DNA of 64,000 nucleotides from an uncultured Prevotella sp. (GTDB taxonomy: Bacteria; Bacteroidota; Bacteroidia; Bacteroidales; Bacteroidaceae): positions 23,147 through 87,146 of the forward strand of contig CAMOGW010000005.1 in NCBI GenBank assembly GCA_946614435.1, given 5' to 3'. Under the pieces are notes generated by a model, which did not search any database, was not told the origin of the DNA, and saw nothing but the letters and a program-made list of their open reading frames with translations. The position numbers were made by a program, and so were the translations under genes. Of this stretch, positions 49,598 to 58,965 are shown in pieces. Numbering within the stretch: the stretch's first letter is position 1; each line of letters opens with the position of its first letter.

Positions 49598-52500
49598 TTA
49601 TTCCAAATAGTACTTCTGCCGCTCCTCTGGTGTAAGTGGGCGGTTCTTGAACCGTTCGCGAGTCTGGTCAATAAGGTCTTCAAGTGGTGGGAAGTCCCAA
49701 ATCCTAATGGTGCGGTCCCATGATGCTGAGACGACGCGGTTGCCATCGGGGCTGAAGGAAGCAGAATTGACACATTTTGTATGCCCCTCCAGCTTTTGCA
49801 GTTCCTTTCCTGTCTGTGCATCCCAAATTCTAATGGTTTTATCGTATGATGCTGAGACGATGTACTTGCCGTCGGGGCTGAAGGAAGCGGAATTGACACC
49901 GTTTGTATGTCCCTCCAGCTTTTGCAGTTCCTTTCCTGTCTGCGCGTCCCAAATCCTAACGGTGTTATCGTAAGATGCTGAGACGATGTGTTTGCCGTCA
50001 GGGCTGAAAGTAGCAGAATAGACTTCGCCTGTATGCCCCACCAATTTATTCAGTTCCTTTCCAGTCTGCGCATCCCAAATTCTAACGGTTTTATCGAAAG
50101 ATGCTGAGACGATGAACTTGCCGTCGGGGCTGAAGGAAGCAGAATTGACACTTCCTGTATGCCCCTCCAGCTTTTTCAGTTCTTTTCCTGTTTGTACATC
50201 CCAAATTCTAACGGTTTTAGCCCTTGATGCTGAAACGATGTGCTTGCCGTCAGGACTGAAGGAAGCATCCCGGAATCCCTCCAGTTTTTTCAGTTCCTTT
50301 CCTGTCTGTGCATCCCATATCCTAACGGTATAATCACTTGAAACTGAGACAATGCGCTTGCCATCGGGGCTGAAGGAAGCAGACTTGACACCGCCTGTAT
50401 GTCCCTCCAGTTTTTTCAGTTCCTTTCCTGTCTGCGCATCCCAAATCCTAACGGTTTTATCACTTGATGCTGAGACAATGCACTTGCCGTCATGGCTGAA
50501 GGAAGCAGAACTGACATTATCTGTATGCCCCTCCATTTTTTTCGGCTCCTTTCCTATCTGTGCATCCCAAATCCTAACGGTTTTATCGTATGATGCTGAG
50601 ACGATGCGCTTGCCGTCAGGGCTGAAGGAAACAGACTTGGCAAGGCTTGTATGTCCTTCCAGCTTTTTCAGCTCTTTTCCTGTTTGTGCATCCCAAATCC
50701 TAACGGTATTATCCATTGATGCTGAGACGATGCGTTTGCCGTCGGGGCTGAAGGTAGCAGAGTGGACAACGTATGTATGTCCCTCCAGCTTCTGTAGTTC
50801 CTTTCCCGTCTGTGCATCCCAAATCCTAACGGTTCCATCATGTGATGCTGAGACGATACGTTTGCCATTAGGGCTGAAGGAAGCATATTCAACCCATTCT
50901 GTATGTCCCTCCAGTATTTTCAGTTCCTTCCCTGTTTGTACATCCCAAATCCTAATGGCTTTATCCCATGATGCTGAGACGATGCGTTTGCCGTCAGGGC
51001 TGAAGGAAGCAGACTCGACGACGTATCTATGCCCCTCCAGCTTTTTCAGTTCCTTTCCTGTCTGTGCGTCCCAAATTCTAACGGTTTTATCACCTGATGC
51101 TGAGACGATGCGCTTGCCGTCTGGGCTGAACGAAGCAGAATTGACTCTTATTGTATGCCCCTCCAGCTTTTTTAGTTCTTTTCCTGTCTGTGCATCCCAA
51201 ATTCTAATGGTTTTATCCCATGATGCTGAGACAATGCGCTTGCCATCAGGGCTGAATGAAGCAGACCTGACAACGTCTGTATGCTCCCTTAATACTGCAT
51301 CATCACGTATGCAGGCTGAACGCAATGCTGCTTCAGCTTCTGCAGTATAAGGTCGATGGGGAGGCAAGGCTTGCAATGCGATGAGTCGGGCCAGATAAGA
51401 ATCGTGGTCGTCTGTCAGCTGTTTGGCTTTTTCTGCTAACACGCGAGATAGATTCGTTTGATAGCCTTGATTGGCTACCGACAGCTGCTGCTCTCTTTCT
51501 GAAAGCTGTTGGTAGGACTGAGAGAGTTGTTCATTTGCACTATCCTTCTGCTCATTCGCAAGTTGTAAATGGTTGAGTACTTGTTTCAGTCTGTCATTGG
51601 TCCGTTGGATGGAATCACGCTCATGACGTAGTTGCTCTTCCTGATTTGCAATGGTGTCTCCCTGACTTTGGTTCTCATTGAAAAGATATAGGATATAGGC
51701 CATCACCCCCAAGCAGATCAAAGCAATAGCAGCGACACCTGCCATCCACTTTAATCGCTTCCTGCGCTCCCGCTTCTCCTTTAGCCCAGCTAACGGCTCG
51801 CAGAACGAGTCGTGTATCAGCTCTATGCGGTAGTTACTGCCATCCGACGAGGTAGAGGTGCGCTGCAAAATGCGGGTGTCGCCCTCCAAGAGGTCTTTGC
51901 CTTTAGGCACATGCAGCAGAAAGTCGCTCTCGGGAATGGAGTTGCGACGGCCTGTGCTATCCACAAGGTGCTCTTCAATGTAGGATTTCTCATGGTCGGA
52001 GAAGCCACGGGTAGCCTCGTTATAGAACCGCTCGAAGGGGTTGCCCTTGATGAAGTTATCGACAAGCGCAGGGGTGATGTGATCAGCATCTGACTTCTTC
52101 TGGAAATCCGTGAAGATGCGGCTGCACAGCAGGGAAATGATGTTGGTGCTGATGCTATCGTCCTCGTTGCGCGACTTTGAGATGATGGCATCGGCAATAG
52201 CCGTCTGCTCCTCTGTCTTAAAAAGGTCTCCTCCTGGGATAAGAATGACATCTTTCGCCCCCTGCTCCGTGAGACTACGCAGGCGATAGCGGCAGCGTTT
52301 CAGCTCTGAAAGGTAGTTGTTGTCTATGCTGTCTTCCAGCCGGTAGAGGTCGTCCTCACGGATGGAGGCGACGAAGCGGAAGTTGAAGTCGTATTTATAG
52401 GGCTGCCCCTCCACCATGCGAGCGGTGAGGGCATGGCTTTCATCCGTCAAATAGGCAATCTGTCGGAGCAGGACTTCTGCTTCCGGGCGACGGTTGCGGA

Positions 52501-52984
52501 AAATCTCTTCAAACTGGTCGAGCACAATGACGGGGAAGAGCGTGCGGCCCTCGCCATCCACGAATCGGGTTCGGGCAAAGTGGCTCCACAGATAGTCAGG
52601 AGCTTCTTCGTCGGCTGGCATGGGGACAACCTCTACGGTCTGCAGCTGGCCCAGATGTTCACTGACCGCTTGTGACAGGCGATGAACGATGCATTGCTGA
52701 AAACTGATGTCGCGGGCATCCATCGAAAGACGGATGCTGACGGGCAGATAGCGCTTTTGGCGTAGACGGGGGAACACGCCGGCATTGAGCAGCGAGGTCT
52801 TGCCAGTGCCGCTCTTGCCGTAAAGGGTGACGAAGATGTTGCTGCAGATGAGCTGGGTGACCTGATGCGACTCATCGTCACGACCACAGAACAGTTTGGG
52901 CTTGCGGCCCTCACGTCTGGCTTTCTCAGGGTCTTCGTAGGAAGACAGACCAGCCCAGGGATTGTTGTCTATATAATTACTCAT
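49598..52984 (-). CDS. nSTAND1-type P-loop NTPase - TM helix - coiled coil - 13 WD40 repeats
   Basis: [27 protein letters not shown] (Walker A), [10 protein letters not shown] (Walker B), ELIHD; [25 protein letters not shown]; GH...WD repeats. Confidence 0.9.
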   Translation of the reverse strand: MSNYIDNNPWAGLSSYEDPEKARREGRKPKLFCGRDDESHQVTQLICSNIFVTLYGKSGTGKTSLLNAGVFPRLRQKRYLPVSIRLSMDARDISFQQCIVHRLSQAVSEHLGQLQTVEVVPMPADEEAPDYLWSHFARTRFVDGEGRTLFPVIVLDQFEEIFRNRRPEAEVLLRQIAYLTDESHALTARMVEGQPYKYDFNFRFVASIREDDLYRLEDSIDNNYLSELKRCRYRLRSLTEQGAKDVILIPGGDLFKTEEQTAIADAIISKSRNEDDSISTNIISLLCSRIFTDFQKKSDADHITPALVDNFIKGNPFERFYNEATRGFSDHEKSYIEEHLVDSTGRRNSIPESDFLLHVPKGKDLLEGDTRILQRTSTSSDGSNYRIELIHDSFCEPLAGLKEKRERRKRLKWMAGVAAIALICLGVMAYILYLFNENQSQGDTIANQEEQLRHERDSIQRTNDRLKQVLNHLQLANEQKDSANEQLSQSYQQLSEREQQLSVANQGYQTNLSRVLAEKAKQLTDDHDSYLARLIALQALPPHRPYTAEAEAALRSACIRDDAVLREHTDVVRSASFSPDGKRIVSASWDKTIRIWDAQTGKELKKLEGHTIRVNSASFSPDGKRIVSASGDKTVRIWDAQTGKELKKLEGHRYVVESASFSPDGKRIVSASWDKAIRIWDVQTGKELKILEGHTEWVEYASFSPNGKRIVSASHDGTVRIWDAQTGKELQKLEGHTYVVHSATFSPDGKRIVSASMDNTVRIWDAQTGKELKKLEGHTSLAKSVSFSPDGKRIVSASYDKTVRIWDAQIGKEPKKMEGHTDNVSSASFSHDGKCIVSASSDKTVRIWDAQTGKELKKLEGHTGGVKSASFSPDGKRIVSVSSDYTVRIWDAQTGKELKKLEGFRDASFSPDGKHIVSASRAKTVRIWDVQTGKELKKLEGHTGSVNSASFSPDGKFIVSASFDKTVRIWDAQTGKELNKLVGHTGEVYSATFSPDGKHIVSASYDNTVRIWDAQTGKELQKLEGHTNGVNSASFSPDGKYIVSASYDKTIRIWDAQTGKELQKLEGHTKCVNSASFSPDGNRVVSASWDRTIRIWDFPPLEDLIDQTRERFKNRPLTPEERQKYYLE
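49690..51290 (-). repeat. Tandem 126-bp near-identical WD40-coding repeats (13 copies, one 12 bp shorter)
   Basis: Recurring gatgctgagacgatg, gggctgaaggaagcag and tcccaaatcctaacgg blocks at 126-bp period. Confidence 0.93.
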
Positions 52985-54362
52985 GCCCGTTCAAATGTTT
53001 GTCGATAGCTTTTTGGAGATTGCCGAGCGCATTAGGCTCTGAAAGACTGATGCCGGAAATACTGTCTCCGATGATCTGTTCAAAGACTGTGTGATACGAT
53101 TCACGCATGGAATAGCCTTCGACAGCCAATGGGATGACGGCCAACTCGCCTTTGCGGTTGGCTGCCTGCCGCCACTCGTCATGATAATAGTGGTCGGTCT
53201 GTCCGTTCTTCAAGTCTTCGGCTACCGTTGATGTCAGCAAGGGGATGAAGACCTTGGCATGGCTAATGCCATACTGAATTTCAGTGTCGTAGTTGTCGCC
53301 CCCACGTATGTTTTCCTGATCGAACCAGAGGTTTGGGTAAATCTGACGGAGCTGTTGGAACAGTTGTTGTGCCAGCTCCTTGTCCTTATTGCAGTAGGAG
53401 AAGAAAATCTTGCCCTGTCGGCGGTACTGGGTGACAAGATTGCGATAGGGGTTGTCCGCGTCGGTGGAGGTCAGCACTTTCGTCATCTGGCGCATGAACT
53501 CACGGGCTGTCAGCTCAGTCTGGGTAATGGCACGCACGTTTTTCAGGTAATTTTCCAATTTCAGATCCGAACGGTCGTTCCTGTTGAAGGCAATGGCGAT
53601 ATCACCATCTCGTTGCTTCATCTCCTCGCGACGTAGGATGTACCAGAAGAAACGGAAATACCAGTCGTCGAACTTGCAGCCCAGGGAGAGCAGACGCTTA
53701 CTGAGAATAAACAGCATCATCAGGTTTTTGCGTTTGTCGAACTCAAGCCATCGCTCTATGGTCTGAATATACTCAAAATCCTTGCGGGCATAGAAACAGC
53801 CCTCTTTCTCCTCACATTTGCCGAAAGCATAGATGAGCGTGGGCTCATAATAATCCCTGACCTCTTTGTATTCAGCCAGCCGGTCGTAGAAGCTGGAAAG
53901 CGAGGACGTATCCCACACGTTGACCACCCGGAGCCTGCTGCCCCAGATGTCGCGCATCAGGATTTCGAGATAGCTGTCGAAAGTCGTGGTAATGACCACC
54001 TTGAAAAGCTTTGTGCGCAGTAGTCCCTGCAACTCTTCTGAAATGTCATCGACCACCATGCTCCGTTTGAACCTGTCCCATGAAAGCAGGTTGCGTATAG
54101 GGTCAATCTCTGTGCCGGAGTGCCGCATCAGATCGTCGAAGTTCCTGTAGCTTGAATTCAACTTGCGGTTGATGTGTCGCAGCAGATAGTCGTTGATGTC
54201 GCCCGACGGCTCCACCGTTGGCTTGAGCATCACTTCGCTGCCAATAATCAGGATGTATTCATTGTTGAACACACGCCCGATGGACTCTTCCATGTTGAAC
54301 TTCAGGTCCTGCAAATTGTTAAGAGCGTAATCTATATCTTCTTCGTCTGGTGTGAATGCCAT
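52977..54362 (-). CDS. SIR2-like domain plus C-terminal TIR domain protein
   Basis: ITTTFD..LE and LL.LGC.F.DW.FRF (SIR2_2-like); KIFFSY...D, LWFD...I.GGD.Y..EI, FIPLLT, DEW (TIR); -7 promoter at 54399-54406 supports ATG 54362. Confidence 0.82.
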   Translation of the reverse strand: MAFTPDEEDIDYALNNLQDLKFNMEESIGRVFNNEYILIIGSEVMLKPTVEPSGDINDYLLRHINRKLNSSYRNFDDLMRHSGTEIDPIRNLLSWDRFKRSMVVDDISEELQGLLRTKLFKVVITTTFDSYLEILMRDIWGSRLRVVNVWDTSSLSSFYDRLAEYKEVRDYYEPTLIYAFGKCEEKEGCFYARKDFEYIQTIERWLEFDKRKNLMMLFILSKRLLSLGCKFDDWYFRFFWYILRREEMKQRDGDIAIAFNRNDRSDLKLENYLKNVRAITQTELTAREFMRQMTKVLTSTDADNPYRNLVTQYRRQGKIFFSYCNKDKELAQQLFQQLRQIYPNLWFDQENIRGGDNYDTEIQYGISHAKVFIPLLTSTVAEDLKNGQTDHYYHDEWRQAANRKGELAVIPLAVEGYSMRESYHTVFEQIIGDSISGISLSEPNALGNLQKAIDKHLNGHE

Positions 54363-54719
54363 TGCAGTCAAGTGTTTTAGGGGTACGATTTTGGGGTACA
54401 AAGATAGTGTTTTTTCTGAAATTGGCCTGCTATTTTGGATAAAAATCTTGAACGGGAGGCTACTTTTCGATATTCTTCTGATAGACAACGGGTAAGGCGG
54501 TTTGGTTCGTCTAAATAAGGCGTGAGAAAAATGACGGGGAAAATGAGCAAAGTAGGGAAAATTAACACGTTTTTGACGGGGAAAAGGAGTGTGAGTGGTG
54601 TTCTATAACAGAACTTTGGTGTTCTGTTTCTCTGATTTTGCTCGTTTTTCAGCACCTGTTTGGGCTTTTTTCTGTAAAATGATGCTTAGATGAAAGCCCT
54701 TTGGCGGTTCAATAGCAAT

Positions 54720-54851
54720 GGGTTTTAGCCAAAATCAAGCGATGATTTTGAATATATCACGTTGCGATTTAGGTTAGATCGGTTCACGATTTAACCTAAA
54801 CGGTGCGACCAACTATGCTAAACGGTGACGTGAAATGGCCTAAACAGCTGA
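54720..54851. repeat. Second array of 6 degenerate 22-bp palindromic units (same family as 30099-30252)
   Basis: Units in phase at 54720, 54742, 54764, 54786, 54808, 54830; shares ATCAC(A/G)TTGCGATTTAGG with array 1. Confidence 0.68.
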
Positions 54852-55128
54852 AACTGCCTGTGTATAAGCGGTTTAGAAAAGGGGTGTTTTGTAAGCCGCT
54901 GATTGTCAGGTGGTTGTAAAACGGCGAAAACTCGCAAATTTGAGAGCGACTGACCGCGTGCTGAATTTTTTGCGAGTTTTGAAGGGGCGATTGTCTAAAT
55001 AAGGATGGAGAAAAAATGGGTGTATCAAAGAGACTGAATATGTTAAAATAATTATAAAAAAGAGACATAAATCTCACAATCACGGCATTAATTACTATCT
55101 TTGCGTGATAAATATGAAATAAACAGCA

Positions 55129-56064
55129 ATGGCAGTAGAAACGACACGATGGGGCATTCTGTATTGTCCGAAATCAAGCAAGACCACGAAGCACAAGCGG
55201 TGGGAGAGGATCAGACAGTTGTTGGACGAGCGACATGTGGCTTACGACATGGTACAGAGCGAGAACAGCGACAGTGTGGCGCGCTTGATCACTATGCTCA
55301 TCAACAATGGCTATAAGACGATTGTGGTGGTGGGCGGAGACTCGGCACTGAACGATGCCGTGAACTGCCTGATGCTGGAGGAAAAACGTGTGAGAGACGA
55401 GATTGTGCTGGGCGTGATTCCGAATGGCGTGATGAATGACTTTGCCCGTTTCTGGAACTTTGACGAGGAGAACGACGAGCAGACGATAGAGTGGCTGATG
55501 AAACGACACGTGAGGAAGGTGGACCTGGGCTGCATTCGCTACACCAGCAAGGAGGGCGAGCGCTGCCATCGCTACTTCCTGAACTGCGTGAACATTGGTA
55601 TGACGGCTGACATCATGAACCTGCGCCGACAGACGCGACGGCTCTTCGGCTCGCGCACGCTCTCGTTCCTGTCATCGCTCCTGGTGATGTTCTTCCACCG
55701 CATGGACTACAAGATGCGGCTGCGCATCAACACCGACGTGATAGACCGCAAGGTGATGACGGTGTGTGTGGGCAATGGGCCGGGCTACGGACAGACGCCG
55801 AGCGCCGTGCCGTACAGCGGACAGCTCGATGTGTCGGTGGTCTATAATGCTGAGGCTACGCAGCTGATCACGGGGCTGTGGCTGCTGATCACGGGGCGCT
55901 TCCTGAACCATCACTCGGTTCACGCTTTCCGCACTCGCGAAGTGTTTGTAGATGAGGCGAAGAAGGCACTGGTGGGCATTGACGGAAGACTAATGAAAAC
56001 ACCTGTAGGCGAATATCGCATACAGGTGGAACAGGAAGTGATTAATTTTTTGATTCCGAATTAG
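55129..56064 (+). CDS. Diacylglycerol/lipid kinase family protein (YegS/DgkB-like)
   Basis: VVGGD, LG.IP.G..NDFAR, VDLG, FLN...IG, IDG. Confidence 0.88.
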   Translation: MAVETTRWGILYCPKSSKTTKHKRWERIRQLLDERHVAYDMVQSENSDSVARLITMLINNGYKTIVVVGGDSALNDAVNCLMLEEKRVRDEIVLGVIPNGVMNDFARFWNFDEENDEQTIEWLMKRHVRKVDLGCIRYTSKEGERCHRYFLNCVNIGMTADIMNLRRQTRRLFGSRTLSFLSSLLVMFFHRMDYKMRLRINTDVIDRKVMTVCVGNGPGYGQTPSAVPYSGQLDVSVVYNAEATQLITGLWLLITGRFLNHHSVHAFRTREVFVDEAKKALVGIDGRLMKTPVGEYRIQVEQEVINFLIPN

Positions 56065-56107
56065 AATCGTTCAACGTTCAATGTTCAATGTTCAATGTCG
56101 AACGTCG

Positions 56108-56803
56108 CTACCCTCTGTCGGAGATGACTTGCAGCTCGTCAACATTGACGAACTTGATTTTGCGGCCTTCGATGGCGATGAGGCCTTCCTGGGCAAACGA
56201 GGAGAGGGTGCGGATGGCATTGCTCGTGGTCATGTTCGACATTTGGGCGAGGTCTTCGCGACTCAGATAGACGGCCAGGGTCTGTCCGTCGTCTTCAACG
56301 CCGTATTTCTTCTTCATCTGTAGCAATGCATCGGCCAGTCGGCCCCGGATGTGCTTCTGCGTGAGGCTCATGGTGCGCTCCACGGAGATGCCGAGCAGCG
56401 ACGACAGCTCCTTGAGGAACAGCATGGCAAAGTCGCTGTTCTCCCAGATGAAATGGAACATGAGGCTGATGGGTATCTGCAGCACTGTGGTGTCGTTGCC
56501 GGCGATGGCCGTTGAGCGATAGTCAACGCCCTCGATGGCAGCGGCATAGCCGAAGATGGATCTGGGCTCTACCATGCGCACGATTTGTTGTCCGGCAACG
56601 CCCTCGCGGTGCATGGTGATTTTTCCGCGTATTAAATAATAAAGGTGGGTTGGGGTGGAGCTTGCCTTGAATAATACTTCGCCGCGCGAAAGGTCTCTGA
56701 CGGAAATGTTCTCTGCAAAGAGTTCACGTTGTTCGTCGGTAAGCGGATCCCATAGCATGCTTACCGATTTTGCAAGTTCAACTTTATCAAATTCTTTTTC
56801 CAC
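56108..56803 (-). CDS. Crp/Fnr-family transcriptional regulator
   Basis: cNMP-binding fold, RGRLA..LL, LSREDLA.M......IR.LS.F..EGLI HTH; likely GTG start at 56803. Confidence 0.92.
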   Translation of the reverse strand: MEKEFDKVELAKSVSMLWDPLTDEQRELFAENISVRDLSRGEVLFKASSTPTHLYYLIRGKITMHREGVAGQQIVRMVEPRSIFGYAAAIEGVDYRSTAIAGNDTTVLQIPISLMFHFIWENSDFAMLFLKELSSLLGISVERTMSLTQKHIRGRLADALLQMKKKYGVEDDGQTLAVYLSREDLAQMSNMTTSNAIRTLSSFAQEGLIAIEGRKIKFVNVDELQVISDRG

Positions 56804-57003
56804 TGTGCTTTCTTTTTTATATATGTGTTCGCAAAGATAAGAAAATGCTGTCATATTGCCAAAATTTTGATTAAAATTGTGCATTTTCGTAGAAAAAACA
56901 AAAAAATGTTGTCTTTTTTTTTGTTGTGAAATATAAAATGCGTACTTTTGGAAAAGAAATCTAAAAGCTATACCAATATTATTAAAACCTTAAAATAGGA
57001 ACT

Positions 57004-58953
57004 ATGAGTTATTTGCGATTTGAGAAAGCCGTGATGACAAACCTTGAGGAGTCACTGCGCCGCGAATTGCTCCGTACCAACCGCTCTGGCGCCTATAGCT
57101 CTTCGACGCTTGTCGATTGCAACACGCGCAAGTACCACGGTCTGCTGGTAGTGCCAGTGCCTGAGATTGACGACGATAACCATGTGTTGTTGTCGTCGCT
57201 TGATTGTACGGTAGTGCAGCACGGAGCTGAATTCAACCTGGGCCTCCACAAGTATCAGGGCAACAACTTCAGTCCTAAGGGACACAAGTACATTCGTGAG
57301 TTTGACGCAAGCCTCGTGCCCACCACCGTCTATCGCGTGGGCGGTGTGGTGCTGAGGAAAGAGACCATCTTCCAGGCATACGAGGACCGCATCCTCATTC
57401 GCTACACGCTGGACGAGGCCCACTCGGCAACGCTGTTGCGCTTCCGTCCGTTCCTGGCCTTCCGCTCCGTGCGTTCGCTCACTCACGAGAACTCAGTGGC
57501 CAGCCGTGAGTATCAGACCGTTGACAACGGCATTAAGACCTGCATGTATAAGGGCTATCCCGACCTGTTCATGCAGTTCTCGAAGAAGAACGAGTTCGTG
57601 TTCCAGCCCGACTGGTATCGCGGCATTGAGTATCCGAAGGAGCAGGAGCGCGGCTACTCCTCGAACGAGGACCTCTACGTGCCTGGCTACTTCGAGCTGC
57701 CCATCAAGAAGGGCGAGAGCGTGGTGTTTGCGGCTTCAACGTCGCAGATCAAGTCCAGCTCGCTGAAGTCGCTGTTCCAGAAGGAGATAGACGTGCGCGT
57801 GCCGCGCGACAATTTCTATCACTGCCTGGTGACTGCCGCCCATCAGTTCCACAACCGCAAGGCCGACGACACCCGCTATCTGCTGGCCGGCTATCCGTGG
57901 TACAAGTGCCGCGCACGCGATACGTTTATCGCACTGCCGGGCCTGACCCTCGCCATCGACGAGCAGGACTACTTTGAACTGGTGATGGAGACCGCCGAGC
58001 GCGGACTGCGCGAGTTCATGGAGGAAAAGCCGCTCTCGGTTCAGATATATGAGATGGAACAGCCCGACGTGCCCCTCTGGGCCATTTGGAGCATTCAGCA
58101 ATATGCCAAGTATGCAGGCCGCGACGAGGCTTTCAAGAAATACGGAAAGCTGATTCAGGATGTGATCAGCTACGTGCTGAGCAACAAGCATCCTAACCTG
58201 CGTCTTGACGACAACGGACTGGTGTACTCTAACGGACGCGACAAAGCCGTGACGTGGATGAACTCTACGGCCAATGGCCGCCCCGTCATTCCGCGTTCGG
58301 GCTATATCGTTGAGTTCAACGCACTGTGGTACAATGCCGTCAAGTTCGGTGCCGCACTGGCCAGCGAGAATGGCGACGCGAAGGGTGCTGAGAAGTTGGA
58401 GGAACTGGCAGCCAAGACCAAGCAGTCGTTTGTCGATACATTCGTCAACGAATATGGCTATCTGCTCGACTATGTTGACGGCAACATGATGGACTGGAGC
58501 GTTCGCCCGAACATGATCTTTGCCGTGGCACTCGACTACTCGCCGCTGTCACAGCAGCAGATGAAGAGCGTAGTAGATATATGTACGCGCGAGCTGCTCA
58601 CCCCGAAGGGCCTGCGCTCACTGTCGCCAAAGAGCGGCGGCTACAACCCCATGTATGTGGGCCCGCAGGTGCAGCGCGACTATGCCTACCATCAGGGCAC
58701 GGCATGGCCTTGGCTGGGCGGCTTCTACATGGAGGCCTGCCTGAAGCTGTATAAGCGCACACGCCTCTCGTTTGTAGAGCGCCAGATGGTGGGCTACGAA
58801 GACGAGATAGACTATCATGCCATCGGCACCATCTCGGAGCTGTTCGACGGTAACCCGCCCTTCCACGGACGCGGAGCCATGTCGTTTGCCATGAACGTGG
58901 CCGAGATTCTGCGCTCGATGAAGTTGCTGGAAAAATATTCATATCAAAAATAA
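57004..58953 (+). CDS. Glycogen debranching enzyme (amylo-alpha-1,6-glucosidase)
   Basis: NTRKYHGLLV, AGYPW...RD.FIALPGL, TWM, RPN, GLRSLSP, YHQGTAWPW, I.ELFDG.PP. Confidence 0.92.
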   Translation: MSYLRFEKAVMTNLEESLRRELLRTNRSGAYSSSTLVDCNTRKYHGLLVVPVPEIDDDNHVLLSSLDCTVVQHGAEFNLGLHKYQGNNFSPKGHKYIREFDASLVPTTVYRVGGVVLRKETIFQAYEDRILIRYTLDEAHSATLLRFRPFLAFRSVRSLTHENSVASREYQTVDNGIKTCMYKGYPDLFMQFSKKNEFVFQPDWYRGIEYPKEQERGYSSNEDLYVPGYFELPIKKGESVVFAASTSQIKSSSLKSLFQKEIDVRVPRDNFYHCLVTAAHQFHNRKADDTRYLLAGYPWYKCRARDTFIALPGLTLAIDEQDYFELVMETAERGLREFMEEKPLSVQIYEMEQPDVPLWAIWSIQQYAKYAGRDEAFKKYGKLIQDVISYVLSNKHPNLRLDDNGLVYSNGRDKAVTWMNSTANGRPVIPRSGYIVEFNALWYNAVKFGAALASENGDAKGAEKLEELAAKTKQSFVDTFVNEYGYLLDYVDGNMMDWSVRPNMIFAVALDYSPLSQQQMKSVVDICTRELLTPKGLRSLSPKSGGYNPMYVGPQVQRDYAYHQGTAWPWLGGFYMEACLKLYKRTRLSFVERQMVGYEDEIDYHAIGTISELFDGNPPFHGRGAMSFAMNVAEILRSMKLLEKYSYQK

Positions 58954-58965
58954 GGAGGAACGACG

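Noticed and set aside
49690-51290. Possible CRISPR array or DGR template/variable repeats
   Set aside because: In-frame 126-bp coding repeats with no spacers; no cas or reverse transcriptase gene in the window, and variation is not obviously adenine-restricted
50352-51350. 332-aa repetitive plus-strand ORF (and 49647-49973, 50112-50333)
   Set aside because: Antisense shadow of the WD40 repeat array
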